From Fistulifera solaris (Eukaryota), in contig AP026124.1 in assembly GCA_030295235.1 (NCBI GenBank), positions 620,001 to 684,000 of the forward strand: a stretch of 64,000 bases of DNA, written 5' to 3'. Under the pieces are notes generated by a model that was not told the origin of the DNA, made no database searches, and saw only the letters and a list, made by a program, of their open reading frames with translations. The stretch's first letter is position 1. Each line of letters begins with the position of its first letter. Below are positions 49,593 through 61,579 of this stretch, one piece after another. The position numbers and the translations under genes were made by a program.

Positions 49593-51084
49593 CTACTTGT
49601 TTTCACCACTGATCTTCTTTAGCAAGAAAATGCTACTCAACGAATCCTGAACTGCTTTGTCAGGGGTCGATGCCCCCGAAGTAACACCCATGACAACGTC
49701 CTTACTAAGGTCTTCGATGAATTTCTCTGTGACGATTTCTCCCGTCACCGTGCGGTGAGTGATGGTGTTATCAGCACCAATGCACTCCGCGCGGTCGATG
49801 TGGAAAGATCGGATACCGGCGTGGTGCGGAATCTCCAAAAGGTGAGCTGTATTGGAAGAATCCCATCCTCCGACAACCAAAATAAAATCAAGACCATCAG
49901 TCTTGGCAATATCAACGAGCTCGACAACCGCGTCTTGTCGTTCCTGAGTAAGCATGTTAACGTGAGATTAACGTCTTACTAAAAGAAAAAGGAACCTCAT
50001 GCCTTACCTGTGTAGCATCACAAATGGTATCAAACTCCATGTAATGGTTTTTGATTTCTGCAGGACCGAATTTCTTCATCATTGTCTTCTGCAAGAGCTG
50101 GCCAATTGCTCGTGTCTCCTTCTTGTACATAGTGGTCTGATTGGCCAATCCAATCTTCTGGAGCATAACGTCAGGGTCGAATCCTTTGCTCACAGCTTTT
50201 TCAAAATGCTTCATGAAAGCTTCTTTATCACCGCCGTTAAGAATATAGTTTGAAAGCATTTCGGCTTCTTTCATATCTTTGACACAAATGTAGTCTTCGC
50301 AGAAGGAGGTTGTTGCCACAGTCTCCTCGTGTGCGTATTTCCCATGAATCACACTAGTCATGCCCGCTTTTTGGTGCTTATCAACAGAGTTCCATACTTT
50401 CGAAACCCAGGGACAAGTAGTATCGACCACTTCAACGTTCTGTGAATCTAAGTTGAGTATTGTCATCGAGCTGGGATCAATACCTCATGAAAATTCAGGA
50501 AGACTTACCATCTTATCAAAACGGTCCATTTCCTCGAAGGAAGCCCCAAACGCCGGTAGAATCACAACATCGCCTTCCTTTACAGTGTCAAAATTCTTTC
50601 TTCCGTCATCGAGTTTCTCAATGAACTGCACATTCATATCCTCGAGCTTTTCGTTCACCTCAGGATTGTGGATCAGTTCATTCGTGATGTGCACCGTCTT
50701 ACCCGGATAATGCTCCACAGCTTCGTACGCAAGGGCAATACTACGCTCAACACCCCAACAGAATCCAAAGTCCTTGGCAAGGTATACTTTTACACCGTCG
50801 CGTTCCATGATATAGTTGCTTTCTCTCAATTGCTGGACGATTTCACCTTTGAATTGTTCCTCCATACTTTTCTCGACTCCTTCTCGAACTTCCTTGAATC
50901 CTTGTCGATAGAATTGGGGAGACTTCATCATGCGCAAACGTTCTTCCTTTTTGGATAAGGCACGTTCCTCGGTGGAGGATGATTGCTGAAGAAATGTAGC
51001 TGCGCGAGGACTTACAGACATGGGCCGGAATGCATCGGCACTCGTCACCGCAAAAAGAGCCAGGCAAAGAGACGAGAATTTCAT
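49593..51084 (-). CDS. ispH: HMBPP reductase (IspH/LytB), plastid MEP pathway
   Basis: GFCWGVERS, LIHNP, DTTCPWV, NQTTM, DTICDATQERQ, SSNT and GVTSGASTP. Signal peptide followed by ADA-FRP. Introns 50440-50508 and 49944-50007. Confidence 0.97.
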
Positions 51085-51675
51085 TGTATCGTTTCGAATT
51101 TTACTTTGCAACACGTAAAAGAGGAAGATCACTGATGTCTTCCTTTGACGAACAACAATACTAGATTGACAAGGGTGCTCGATGTGTTAGCGGGCATGTC
51201 TGCAACACGGCAACCAACAATCCGTCAAGTTCGAGAGGCAAAAAAACGTGCACATGGATCTACGGAAATTGCGTTCAACATTCGGGTTCACGATGACGTG
51301 TAAATTGTACTGAAATAGTTTATAGTAAATCATGACGAAGTCACGCAATGATGTTGGTGACGACTAATTCGTGAATAAATCAACATCACCAAATCGTGAA
51401 TCATCGTCGTGGCACACAGCACACACAGATCTATATCTCGAACCTTACCGCATCATTTTCTAGTTCAGCGAAAGAAAGGCTCCGTCGCACAATGAAAGAA
51501 AAGAAGCGCGAACTCAAAAATCGAATACAGTAAATATTAAGTTTGCATTTGGATCAGTTGTATTCGAAGAGTGCTGAACTCTCTATACAAGTAAAAAGCT
51601 TGATATTTAATTCTTGCTCCCATAAAGTTGAAGCATTGAAGAAGGCGTGTCGAGGCTAAGGTTGACGCAAGAAAA

Positions 51676-52557
51676 ATGAGCAATATCCACGGTCTCTTCA
51701 GCGGGAGAAACGACGACGATGATGACAGCGACGATGAGAACAACCGATTTGTGGGAGGAATTGGTGAACGCGGCGGTGGAAGGTGAGAACGAAGAGGCAT
51801 AATCTTCATGTGTTTTCATTGCCTCATACGGCTTTTGCTTACTGCCATCGTTTTAACTCACCGCGCAGCGGCTTGGCGGTTCGACCAAATCCAGAATCGA
51901 TCTTCTCGCGGGCTGAAGACGCCACAGCAGACGATGAAGGTCAAGTGCAACGCACTATAACTATGGTAAGCGTTATGTCTTCTCGTCGCGAGAGTGCTTT
52001 TTTAAACAAAAAAATTAATCTTGTTGTAATCGCGTCAAAAGTATCGAGACGGTTTCGTTGTAGATGACGGCCCTTATCGCCGGTTAGATGATCCCAGCAA
52101 TGGAGACTTCCTTCGCTCACTCGCCATGGGACGAACACCGGCGGAGCTAGCGGGCGATGGAGATGTCGTGGTAGGATTAATTGACAAACGCAACGAAGAG
52201 TACGTGGAAAAATTCCAATCTTTTTCGGGTGAGGGGAACAGTCTCGGTGGCACCGCGAGCGTAAGTACCGACGGAGCATTCGATCCAGCATCGCTTCCGG
52301 AGAGTCCTCCTCCCGTGGACGATCGCAAACCGTTAACTTCCATTCAAATACGCCTCCCGAACGGAACCCGTCGTGTGGTGCGCATCAACTTGTCCATGAC
52401 AGTCGGCGATCTCGCGGCGCACTTGCGTTCCGATGCGGGCTCCGAACCCTTTCGCCTTGTCGCAGGATTTCCTCCGAAACCATTGACCGATGCCAGTGCC
52501 ACCGTGGAAGGAGCTGGATTGAAAGGCGCACAGGTGTCACTGCAGAAAGTAAACTAA
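51676..52557 (+). CDS. p47/Shp1/NSFL1C-like p97 adaptor (SEP + UBX)
   Basis: TITM|YRDGFVVDDGP (SEP), FSGEGNSLG (SHP box) and IQIRLPNG...GFPPKPL (UBX). Introns 51783-51868 and 51966-52041. Confidence 0.93.
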
Positions 52558-53180
52558 GATTTTAGTGTTACGCGGAACTTTCACGGGAATTTATAATGCT
52601 AAATTTTATATTAATTGAAATGTTATAACTGTGTTGAGTAGACTGGTCGCTTTAATTGTCTTCAAGGCTAGTTGATTTTGGTGTAGTTACGGTTAGCGAA
52701 CCTAGCTTGGAGGGAACTTTTTTGAGCGCCCATCTGTACTCAATGACATAGAGTAAATGAAACGCGGGCGGAGGCCATAATTCCAGTAATAGCGCTACGT
52801 ACTACATTTTGATTCGGTCTCGATCATTCGCCAACGATCCGCGCCAGAACCACCCAGCACTTTTTATATCATAGTCAGAACGCCACCCGCTCCGGTGCAA
52901 TTTTGAGCCCATTTTGCGTGTGGTGTTCGCGGCGACAAATAATAATAAGTTCATTGACACAGTTGACCGCGCATACTTTACTTTGTTGATAGCAATTGAC
53001 AATCAGCAAACTTTTTGACTGCTTGTTCATTCAACAGATCGTCATTGTCACAGCCCTCTCGATAATCAACTGACACTTCGATCGTGAGCCAGCAACTATA
53101 TCGACGCTTTCGTAGCACGACTATCATTTTCTCGTCCCTCCGTCTTTTCCTTCGACTGCGCTCTGCAATAAGCTAGAGAG

Positions 53181-55278
53181 ATGTTTTATTCACAAATCAT
53201 TCTCGCAAAGAAAGGCCCTTTGGGTAAAATATGGCTGGCAGCTCATTGGGGTGATAAAAAGCTTGCCCGTCCGGCCATCTTCTCTACCGATATTTCTGCT
53301 TCAGTCGATAGCATTGTTCACCCACAAGTCCCGTTGGCTTTGCGTGTATCGGGACACTTGTTGCTCGGTGTCGTCCGAATTTACTCCCGAAAGGTCAAAT
53401 ACTTAATGCACGATTGCCATGAAGCCATGGTCAAGATGAAGACGGCCTTCCGGTCCGCGCAGGATAAAGCAAACAACGTGAATGGCAACATTACAATCAC
53501 CACCCATGCGGCTGGTCGTGGCAGCAACTTGAACGTCGCGAACTTTGGGGAGGCGCAAGATGCTGTTGCTGCTCTCATCGTGGATGAAGCTTTCTACGTC
53601 CCTTTTGATATCAATGACGATGCCATTGCGGAAGATTGGATTCCGGCAGACGTGGGCGACACGCTGGACGCCAGTCGAACCGAGTCAGTTGTGCGCGGCG
53701 GAACTTCGCCGGGAGCTGCTTATGATAATTCCTCGCTCTTCAATATGACAGACAATATGCGGAACTCGGACGAGAATGAGTGGACTGAATTCGATCCTGA
53801 TGAAGACAACGTTCCCGGCGCGGAAGAATCCACCGTTTCGGATATTGAAATTCGGCGAGCAGCGGATGAATCATTACAGTCAGGCTCACTGGTAAGCGAT
53901 ACAAGCATACGTCCTCATCTACTTTTAGTGAATGGACCTGTTCTGAAGCTTGTTTCTTCCTCGTTCACAGAATGCACGGGTCTCGTTGCAAGGTGTCCAG
54001 AAACGAATCGCATCACCCGGTGATGACGACGACATGAATGTACCTTTTCCCGATGATGACGAGGAAGATCTTCCCCCGAACTTTGATAATGATGACGCAG
54101 CTGGATTCGGTGAGAGTCATGTAAGCATGAACCTATCTCTCTCTCGAGACGATTCGACCGCAGAGAAATCCACCACTGGCAATGCCATCAACATTGGAGG
54201 GCTGGACGACAGTTCCAACGAAGGCGACGAAACAAAGCGCAAGCGTCGGACGTCCAAGACAACTCGCAAACGTCGCCGTATTCACATTGACGAACGAACG
54301 GAGTTACGAGGTACGGAGGTCAAAGCCTCTCTTGAAGATACGAGTGATATTACGAACACTTTCTTTGTTCATCCAGCAACGTGGGTCGAAGGTGTTCCCC
54401 AGCAGGGCAAGGAGAAGAACGATCGAGAACTTCTCCGGTCGTACTTGTCGTTTACGAAACAATTCACCCGACCTGCTATTGCAGAGGACGGGCAACTTGC
54501 CCCAGTTTTGCTGGAGCTCTGGGCCCGCAACGCTGCCCCTGTATTAGGGAAACCCTTTCCTTACGACGAAGACCAATCTGCGGAAAATGAAGTTGAATTA
54601 CCTCGACGGGGAAACGACGACGAAGAATTGAGTCGGAGAGAATTGGTTGACCATGAAATGCGTCCCAACCTTGACGACGACGATGCATTGGTACCACCAC
54701 CCGATGATGACGAAGACATGCCTCCCGTCAATTTCAACGACGACGATGACCCGCATAACCAGAACGAGTTTGGACTCGAGGCTACATTTGAAGAGAAGAG
54801 TAAGTTAGCCGCGCATGTCGAACATATTGTATTTACCCCATTTTTGTCTGACTTTTGTTTTTGCTTAGGTCTGGGTGATAGCCGATACTCCGATCTTGGT
54901 ATCTCGCTCGGTATGGCCAACGACTTGAATGAAGATCTCATTGGCGAGGATGACGACGATGATCCACGTCAAGCTACTGGCGACGAGCTAGTTTCAAGCA
55001 GTTCGAAGTGGCACAAACACACAATCACCGTGTACAATTTTCTGAAACGAAAGATGGCCGACCCGAATAGCGAAGAAGAGGAAAACGAGGACAAACCTAG
55101 CGTCCTTGTGTTCGACGATTTGAGCAAGAATTGTTCTCGTCGCAACGCTGCTGCTGTTTTTTTCGAGTTGCTTCAGCTAAAGACCTGGGATTACGTCGAA
55201 CTTGGTCAAGAAGAGAGCTATGGAACAATCAAAATTGCTCCCGGAGCCAAATTCTCTGAAGAGGCCCCATCTCTTTAG
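53181..55278 (+). CDS. RAD21: Cohesin kleisin Rad21/Scc1
   Basis: [23 protein letters not shown]...[18 protein letters not shown] and C-terminal [12 protein letters not shown]...QEESYGTI. Acidic ExxR separase-type sites (DIEIRR, VELPRR). Introns 53892-53970 and 54800-54868. Confidence 0.96.
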
Positions 55279-56165
55279 TTCGATTGCCATCAACTCTATG
55301 CGGCATTTCGATAGGAACTGTGACGTCAACGTGTGTGACATGGCTATCCGATTACTTGATGTGGCAACAGCAAAAATTTATTTTGATAGACTATGAAGAA
55401 TTTAAATTGTAACCATACCTCTTTACTTTTCTTTTCTATCTGATAAAGCAAATCGTGCAATTCCATGGAAATGGTCAGTGCTTCATTTTTGAAACATAGT
55501 ATAGTACGGAATCATGCTAAACCCTTGATGTGCGACGATGACTCGCAAAACCACTGACGTTCACATTCCCATTCGTTCGCGGATATTGTTTTCGTGTCCA
55601 TGTCAGAACCGCAAAAAGATCCTAAATCTAACAATGTATTACAGCAGCGTCATAAATCTCTTTCTTTGAGAGAAGGAGATAATCAACCACGTACATGCGT
55701 GGCCATGCATGAACATGAAGCATGTTGAAAACTGAACATCGGTATCATGGAGTAGACTACCAATAGACCACCCAGCACGACGCTAAACATGAGGCGGCTT
55801 CTCGCGCGTTCTTTCCGCTTTTTCAATAACCCTTTTCGACGAAATCTTTCTGGTATAGATTTGGGCCATTCGTGAGGGGTTTAACTATCGATTAGCAACA
55901 ACAAGGAGAAAAAGTGTGGGAAATTTGCTTTGTACCAGTACCAGGTATCGTTGACGGTTTCGAAAAGGATCGTACAATAAAGTAGAGAGCCGTTTCGACA
56001 CATTCACTGCGTAGTACCTGTCTGGCCGTCCCCGGTCCCAGCTGTCGGCGGTCGGCGATGGTTTTTGGCTGTTTGCTTTTATGTGTCGGCGCGCATTCTG
56101 TTGCTGGGATAAAGACAAGGTTGCGGAGTCTTTATTCAATTCACAAATATTCGTTAAATTATAAA

Positions 56166-56940
56166 ATGTCTTGGAAAGCGGGATTGTCACGCTACTTGCC
56201 GAGCTTGCGATTTTTCGCTTGCCCCAATAGCCCCTCGTCGCGAGGTGTCATGTAAGAACTTTCACAAATTGCTGCTGCTCGTTCAACGGTAGCCGTGTCC
56301 ACTCCTCACATAATTATTTGCTGTGGTCGTCTCATCACACGAAAGGCAATACTATGTAAAGAATTACGATGAACTGAAATTGCTGAACCCCAATTTCCCT
56401 TTAATGATGCGCACGGTGGAGAACGCGATGCCGGCGGTTACCACCGAGCTCGAATGGACAATGGATGATCTCTTTCGCTTCATGATTCAGACCGGCCGTT
56501 TCCGTGATAACAATGGGACCATTTCTGAGGCACGCGTGGAAGCCGCGAAGGCATATCTAAGCACTGACTGGAAGAAAATGGCAGTCGAACGGTGGAAGTC
56601 TCCTGGATTCGATCCAGAGAGACCCTACCTGGATGAAGATGAGCCGGAATGGAAAGACAACGCTCAAATTAAAAGTGATCTTGCTACGTACTTTAACATG
56701 AAAAGCGCCATAAAAGAGCAGCTTGATATTATCAAGAGTGGTCCTAACGACGAATTCACCCGCGCAGAGAATGCTCTTCTCATGTGCCAACGAGTTGACC
56801 TGTGGTGTGCTGGACCCAAAGAAGTCGAACGAGCAGTACAACATCTTTACAAGCTTGGTCGTAAGTTGAATGAGCGCGAAGTGGATTACCCTGCTTTCAT
56901 CGCGGAGTTTTACCCTGGAGTCGATGACATGGCAGCTTAA
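56166..56940 (+). CDS. NDUFA2: Complex I subunit NDUFA2/B8-like protein with large internal insertion
   Basis: MSWKAGLSRYLPSLRFFACPNSPSSRGVM|QYYVKNYDELKLLNPNFPLMMR matches the B8 N-terminus. Intron 56252-56345. Confidence 0.8.
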
Positions 56941-57184
56941 ATTGAGTGCCGTATAAACCCGAAGGAATAGTTTTTAATTCATTAATCTGTTCCCGTTTGT
57001 CCTTCAAAGGGTGGCTAAAAGGAAAAAGATGATGTACGGATCGTGTCTCCTTATGTATGATGTTTTTTTGAATATTTTGGTTATTTTTGGTCGATTACAA
57101 ATAACAAGGAATACTGAGCAACAAACAGAAAGGGAGTTTTAAACAGAAAGGGAGTTTTTCTTTCACAACTCCGCATGGATCTAT

Positions 57185-58004
57185 TCATCCAGATCGAATA
57201 CCCCCAATAAACCCAGCCGCGAAACCCGAACCTGACGGCAAATTGTATGTCAATACCTCCATCAACTTGTCGTAGGCCAGTTGTCCATCACCGCGATCTA
57301 TCTTTCCGTCCTTATTCATATCAAAGAATCCTTCTACTTCTTCTCGCAATTTTCCATGATTGACTGTGATGTATCCTTGGTTTGCTAGTGTTTGCAAGCC
57401 TATGAATCCCAAGCCTTTGTTTATAGAAGATACCAACGCAGACGATTGGACAAAGAGAATGTCAATTTACGACACATGTAAGTCGTTTCAATGATCTGAA
57501 CAAATGTCAAACGTACCAAAAATGAGCCCCGCAGCTTTTCCGACCTTTTTCATTGCAAAACCAGAGCAGTAACCTGAAATGAACCCGTACGAGACTTCTG
57601 TGGGGAGTCCTGTGTCAATGGCGCTTTGCACCTAGCATTGTATTGCAAAGTGAAGGATTCAAAAAGTGGGAATAGATAACATATTAGTACTCATCGTCAA
57701 GACTAATCTTTTCAACATTATCAATTTCGCGTACCTTTTGTCCTGCAGTAACAGCCAAATCGTCCCAGAATGATCCAGTCGGAAAATGCGCGATTTTGTT
57801 GAAGTCGAGTGATACTTGTTCCTCTTTCTTTTCCTCCTTAGGGATGACTTTATTTCTCGAAAACCATCCACCAAACATTCCCCTACTTTCCTGGCAAAGA
57901 GTGTTGGATTCATTGTTGGAATAGTAGCCAATCATCGTTGCCCCAGTCATCCAGACCATTTGTCGTTGCAGGTGCATTTGATTGAAAGCGAATCGAGAAA
58001 GCAT
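57185..58004 (-). CDS. FUN14-family mitochondrial outer-membrane protein
   Basis: Exons 57735-58004, 57517-57631 and 57185-57414 give SYGFISGYCSGFAMKKVGKAAGLIFGLGFIGLQTLANQGYITVN...GFAAGFIGG. Contains an EF-hand-like DMNKDGKID. Confidence 0.88.
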
Positions 58005-58708
58005 CCTTTGAAGACGATTGTTGATTTGCCGCGAGCTGTTCTGTGGCGTTCAAGAAATAGGGACGATACACAATGACGTCTGATATCGTTTTCAATAATC
58101 TTTATTGTGATAAGTTTTCCTTAGACACTGACACGAACCTTTTGCTTTCCAATAATTCGTCTTCAAGCGCTCTACCGCATTGCCGCAGAAGAATTGTTTT
58201 GTGACGTCGTGTGTCATTGTAGACGTAGTACTCGTGACAGAAATCCAGTCGTGGTGAAAATCGGACAAAACTTTGGACGGGAGACGGGAAGCTTATGACG
58301 TCAAAAAATGACGTATTCATTGCAAATGCTGTCTCACCATGATTCCTTACCAGTGGCAGTGGCAGCATGAAATTACGGAAGAAAAGTATGGAGTATACCA
58401 GTACAAGCACCGGTACCGGTACCGTACCTCAAGGATGAAAGAAACACCGAAGCGGACAACATTTTTTACTTCGTGACTCGTGACTAAAATCTAGTCGTGG
58501 GTCTTGGTAAAAAAATAAATGTTTCGTTAACGTCGTTGTTTAACCTTGACCTTACCGTAATCACGAATCACTGTCGATTTTTTGCCGACGCAATAGATCA
58601 GAAATTGCAGTGCGTATCGTAGTACGTACGGGCATTCGCTTTTTCCTGCAATAGTGAGCTTGTTATATAGCATAATCGACATCTTGCACACTTCTGTTAT
58701 CAACCAAC

Positions 58709-59641
58709 ATGTTTGCTCTTTCTCGCGCATCTGTTCGCAGCGTCTCTCGCTCGGCTCTCCGAAGGTGAGACATCATACTCGCTTGGCATCCGTTTTTCTC
58801 TTTTTTCCCCGTCCACTCATCCTGTCGTTCGTCACTTTTCGCCCTTAAACAGTTTCGCAGCTGTCCAAACGGCTGATAAGCACACGTTGATCTTGGTTCG
58901 TCACGGAGAATCCACATGGAACTTGGAAAACAAATTCACCGGTTGGTATGACTGTCCCTTGAGCGATAAAGGACACGAAGAGGTGAAGGAGGCGGGTCGT
59001 TTGATCAAGGCGGAAGGATTGTCAGCGGATATCGCCTTCACGTCGCTTCTGCAACGTGCCATTCGAACTCTCTGGCATGTGCTAGAGCAAACCGGACTCA
59101 TGTGGATTCCTGTTCACAAAGCGTGGGAGTTGAATGAACGTCATTACGGTGCTTTGCAGGGATTGGATAAGCAGGAGACTGTTAACAAGTACGGCAAAGA
59201 TCAGGTTCTCGTATGGAGACGTAGTTACGATATTCCGCCCCCGACGGTGGATAAAAGCAGTCCTCATCATCCCTCCAACGATCCTCGTTACGCGGGTTTG
59301 ACTTTCCCGAGGAATTCACGGAATCCCTCGCCACAACCCTCGACCGCGTTGTTCCCTTCTGGAATAAGACCGTTGTGCCTGAAATCAAGAGCGGTAAAAC
59401 TGTGATGATTGCTGCTCACGGAAACTCTCTCCGCGCTTTGGTCAAACACTTGGATGGCATCGACGAGGCGACTATTGCTGAGCTCAATATTCCCACTGGT
59501 ACTCCCTTGATCTACGAGCTGGATGATAACTTGAAGCCCATTCCGCAAGTTGGAGCTATTGCTCCTTTGCAAGGGCGTTATTTGGGTGACCAAGATGCTA
59601 TTCGTGCTCGAATTGAGGGTGTCAAAAATCAAACCAAGTAA
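58709..59641 (+). CDS. gpmA: Cofactor-dependent phosphoglycerate mutase with mitochondrial-type presequence
   Basis: [34 protein letters not shown] and IPTG. Exon 1 (58709-58764) encodes [18 protein letters not shown]. Intron 58765-58852. Frameshift ~59307. Confidence 0.95.
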
Positions 59642-60663
59642 AGCGTTTTGTTTCATGATAGGTTCTTTGTTCTAGCTCGTTTTCTTCCTGATTTACAGAT
59701 CAAATTGTTGCTGTTTGTTTATCCTAGAACGCAATAAACTCGTACTCCGTAACATATCCTTATAATTTATGATTGAACTACAGTCGTGGAATCATCGTAA
59801 CCTTACGACCGACACTCTCGAGAGAGCTATAGGTGAATACCGAAGACTATGATCTCATACGCAAGAATTTTCGACGCAAAGAGTCAAGCGTGTATTTCCA
59901 ATGTCTGAAGGTGTTATATGATAGGTAAGACAAACATAGCTTTCGATGCTGGCTGAACAAATAATGGAGTTGGGTAGCATTCTGGCTCGGAAGGAAGCAT
60001 GCTCGTGACTGAAATACAGTCGTGAATGGTAAACATTGAAGACACAACGATTTTCAAGGCTTTTTGACGCAAAGAGTCAAGTGTGTATCTTCCAATGTCA
60101 CTGAAGGTGATAAACAAGTTTAGTTTCCATGCTAGCTGGTTTGATACCAACAAAAGTATCCGGTTTGGCCTTTCGTAAAGCACAATACTTGTTATATGTT
60201 TTGCTCGTAAGGTTCGCGCTATTGTTGGGATTGCTACGCTAAGGTTAAGGTTTAGGTTTGATAGGCGTTTATTGATTATTGAGTCGTCGTCGAAGACCTA
60301 TTTGCGGAAAAGTTCATCGACGAAGATGCACACAGATGACGAGAGAGTTGATACTGTACCCCAGTTGCGAACTCTGACTTGCTAGTTTAGACTTCCTATT
60401 CACACACAATTATCAGTTATTCTTGTGTTGAATCAAACGTTTTAGAGTTGGATTAACTGAGCGGATAAACGCAACATGGCAGCTTGCTCTCGATCGGTGT
60501 ACCCTCCAGCGGTCGTCAAGGCCGTGCAGCGCCAAATGAAGAAACGTCAGATGGGGCCAACATCGATTCCCAAGTCTCTGGAATTGAAAGAATGTATGGA
60601 AAAGACAAATTTGAAAGATGTAGTGGTAAGTTGACACTTGATTAATTGTTGGTAATGTATTGA

Positions 60664-61350
60664 ATGATAATCTCATCGCTCTCCGATCAGTTGATTGAAG
60701 TCAAAACCGATAAGGCAACGAAGCATGTGGACGAAGTAGATGTGCTTCGGGGACAGGAAGTCATTAAACGTCATACGGGGAAGAACGGGGCCTTTTGTTT
60801 CGTCGTTCGGCGACCAGGTAAGAACATAATGTCTATATACTTTCAAGAAAACTCGGCAACTCACAATTATGTTTTCACGGATTGCATAGGATGATTCTAC
60901 TGCCGCGAGCAGGCACTCACACTGTCTGTCCTCGCGGCTATTTATCCGGAAGTCTTCGAGGGGTTTCAGATCTTTGGGATTATCAAGGAGACGGGGGTGG
61001 ATGATGAAGGTTTGGTAGAATTTGTTGACAAATACTTTGATTTCCCTCTTTACTGCGACAAAACATTTTCATTTTACCGAGCTCTGGGTGATCGAAAAAT
61101 TGGAATCAAAGATATTCTCAATCCTCTATCTCTTATCGGGATCTTATGCGATTCGATTAAACGCGTGGTAGAAAAGTCGGTTGATGGGAATTTTTACGGC
61201 GAAGGAATTGTCCAAGGGGGATACATTATTTTCAATAAAGATGGAAAGCCACAATGCATGTACCAGGAACAAACGGGTGTGGATATTCGTGTGACGGAAC
61301 TTGTTGCAGCACTCGATGCTGTTCGCGGTAACACGGCTACAAAGGGATAG
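60664..61350 (+). CDS. Selenoprotein U / PRXL2 (AhpC-TSA_2) family protein with selenocysteine UGA
   Basis: Exon 60664-60817, intron 60818-60889 and exon 60890-61350 read VVRRPG-TGA-FYCREQA, with TGA (60892-60894) at the first Cys of the family RRPGCxxCRE motif. The frame stays open to TAG 61350 and includes GEGIVQGG. Confidence 0.88.
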
Positions 61351-61366
61351 ATGAGCTAAAACAAAA

Positions 61367-61433
61367 GCGGCATGAATGACGGTGAAGTCGGTTATAAGCA
61401 GCCTAGCAATCGGCTTTCTTGAAAAAATGACGC
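61367..61433 (+). promoter_or_regulatory. Eukaryotic SECIS element
   Basis: Helix I GCGGCAT/ATGACGC, core ATGAC(61376)...TGAA(61420), helix II GAAGTCGGTT/AATCGGCTTT and apical unpaired ATAA. Begins 17 nt after the stop codon. Confidence 0.82.
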
Positions 61434-61579
61434 AAAATCATTTCAACTTGACCAGATACTGGGTATAGACACAGCTCCAGAAAATTTTGAGAAAGAATGG
61501 AAAGAATTCTACCCAGACTACTTAATTTTACAGGCTACTCGCACACAAAGCGGTGCCGTTATTTATTTCTTGGAAAGGA

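Noticed and set aside
57123..57158. 18-bp tandem duplication (AAACAGAAAGGGAGTTTT x2)
   Set aside because: Simple slippage duplication between convergent 3' ends with no sign of function.
60239..60262. Telomere-like TAAGGTTAAGGTTTAGGTTT
   Set aside because: Only three degenerate units with no exact TTAGGG array.
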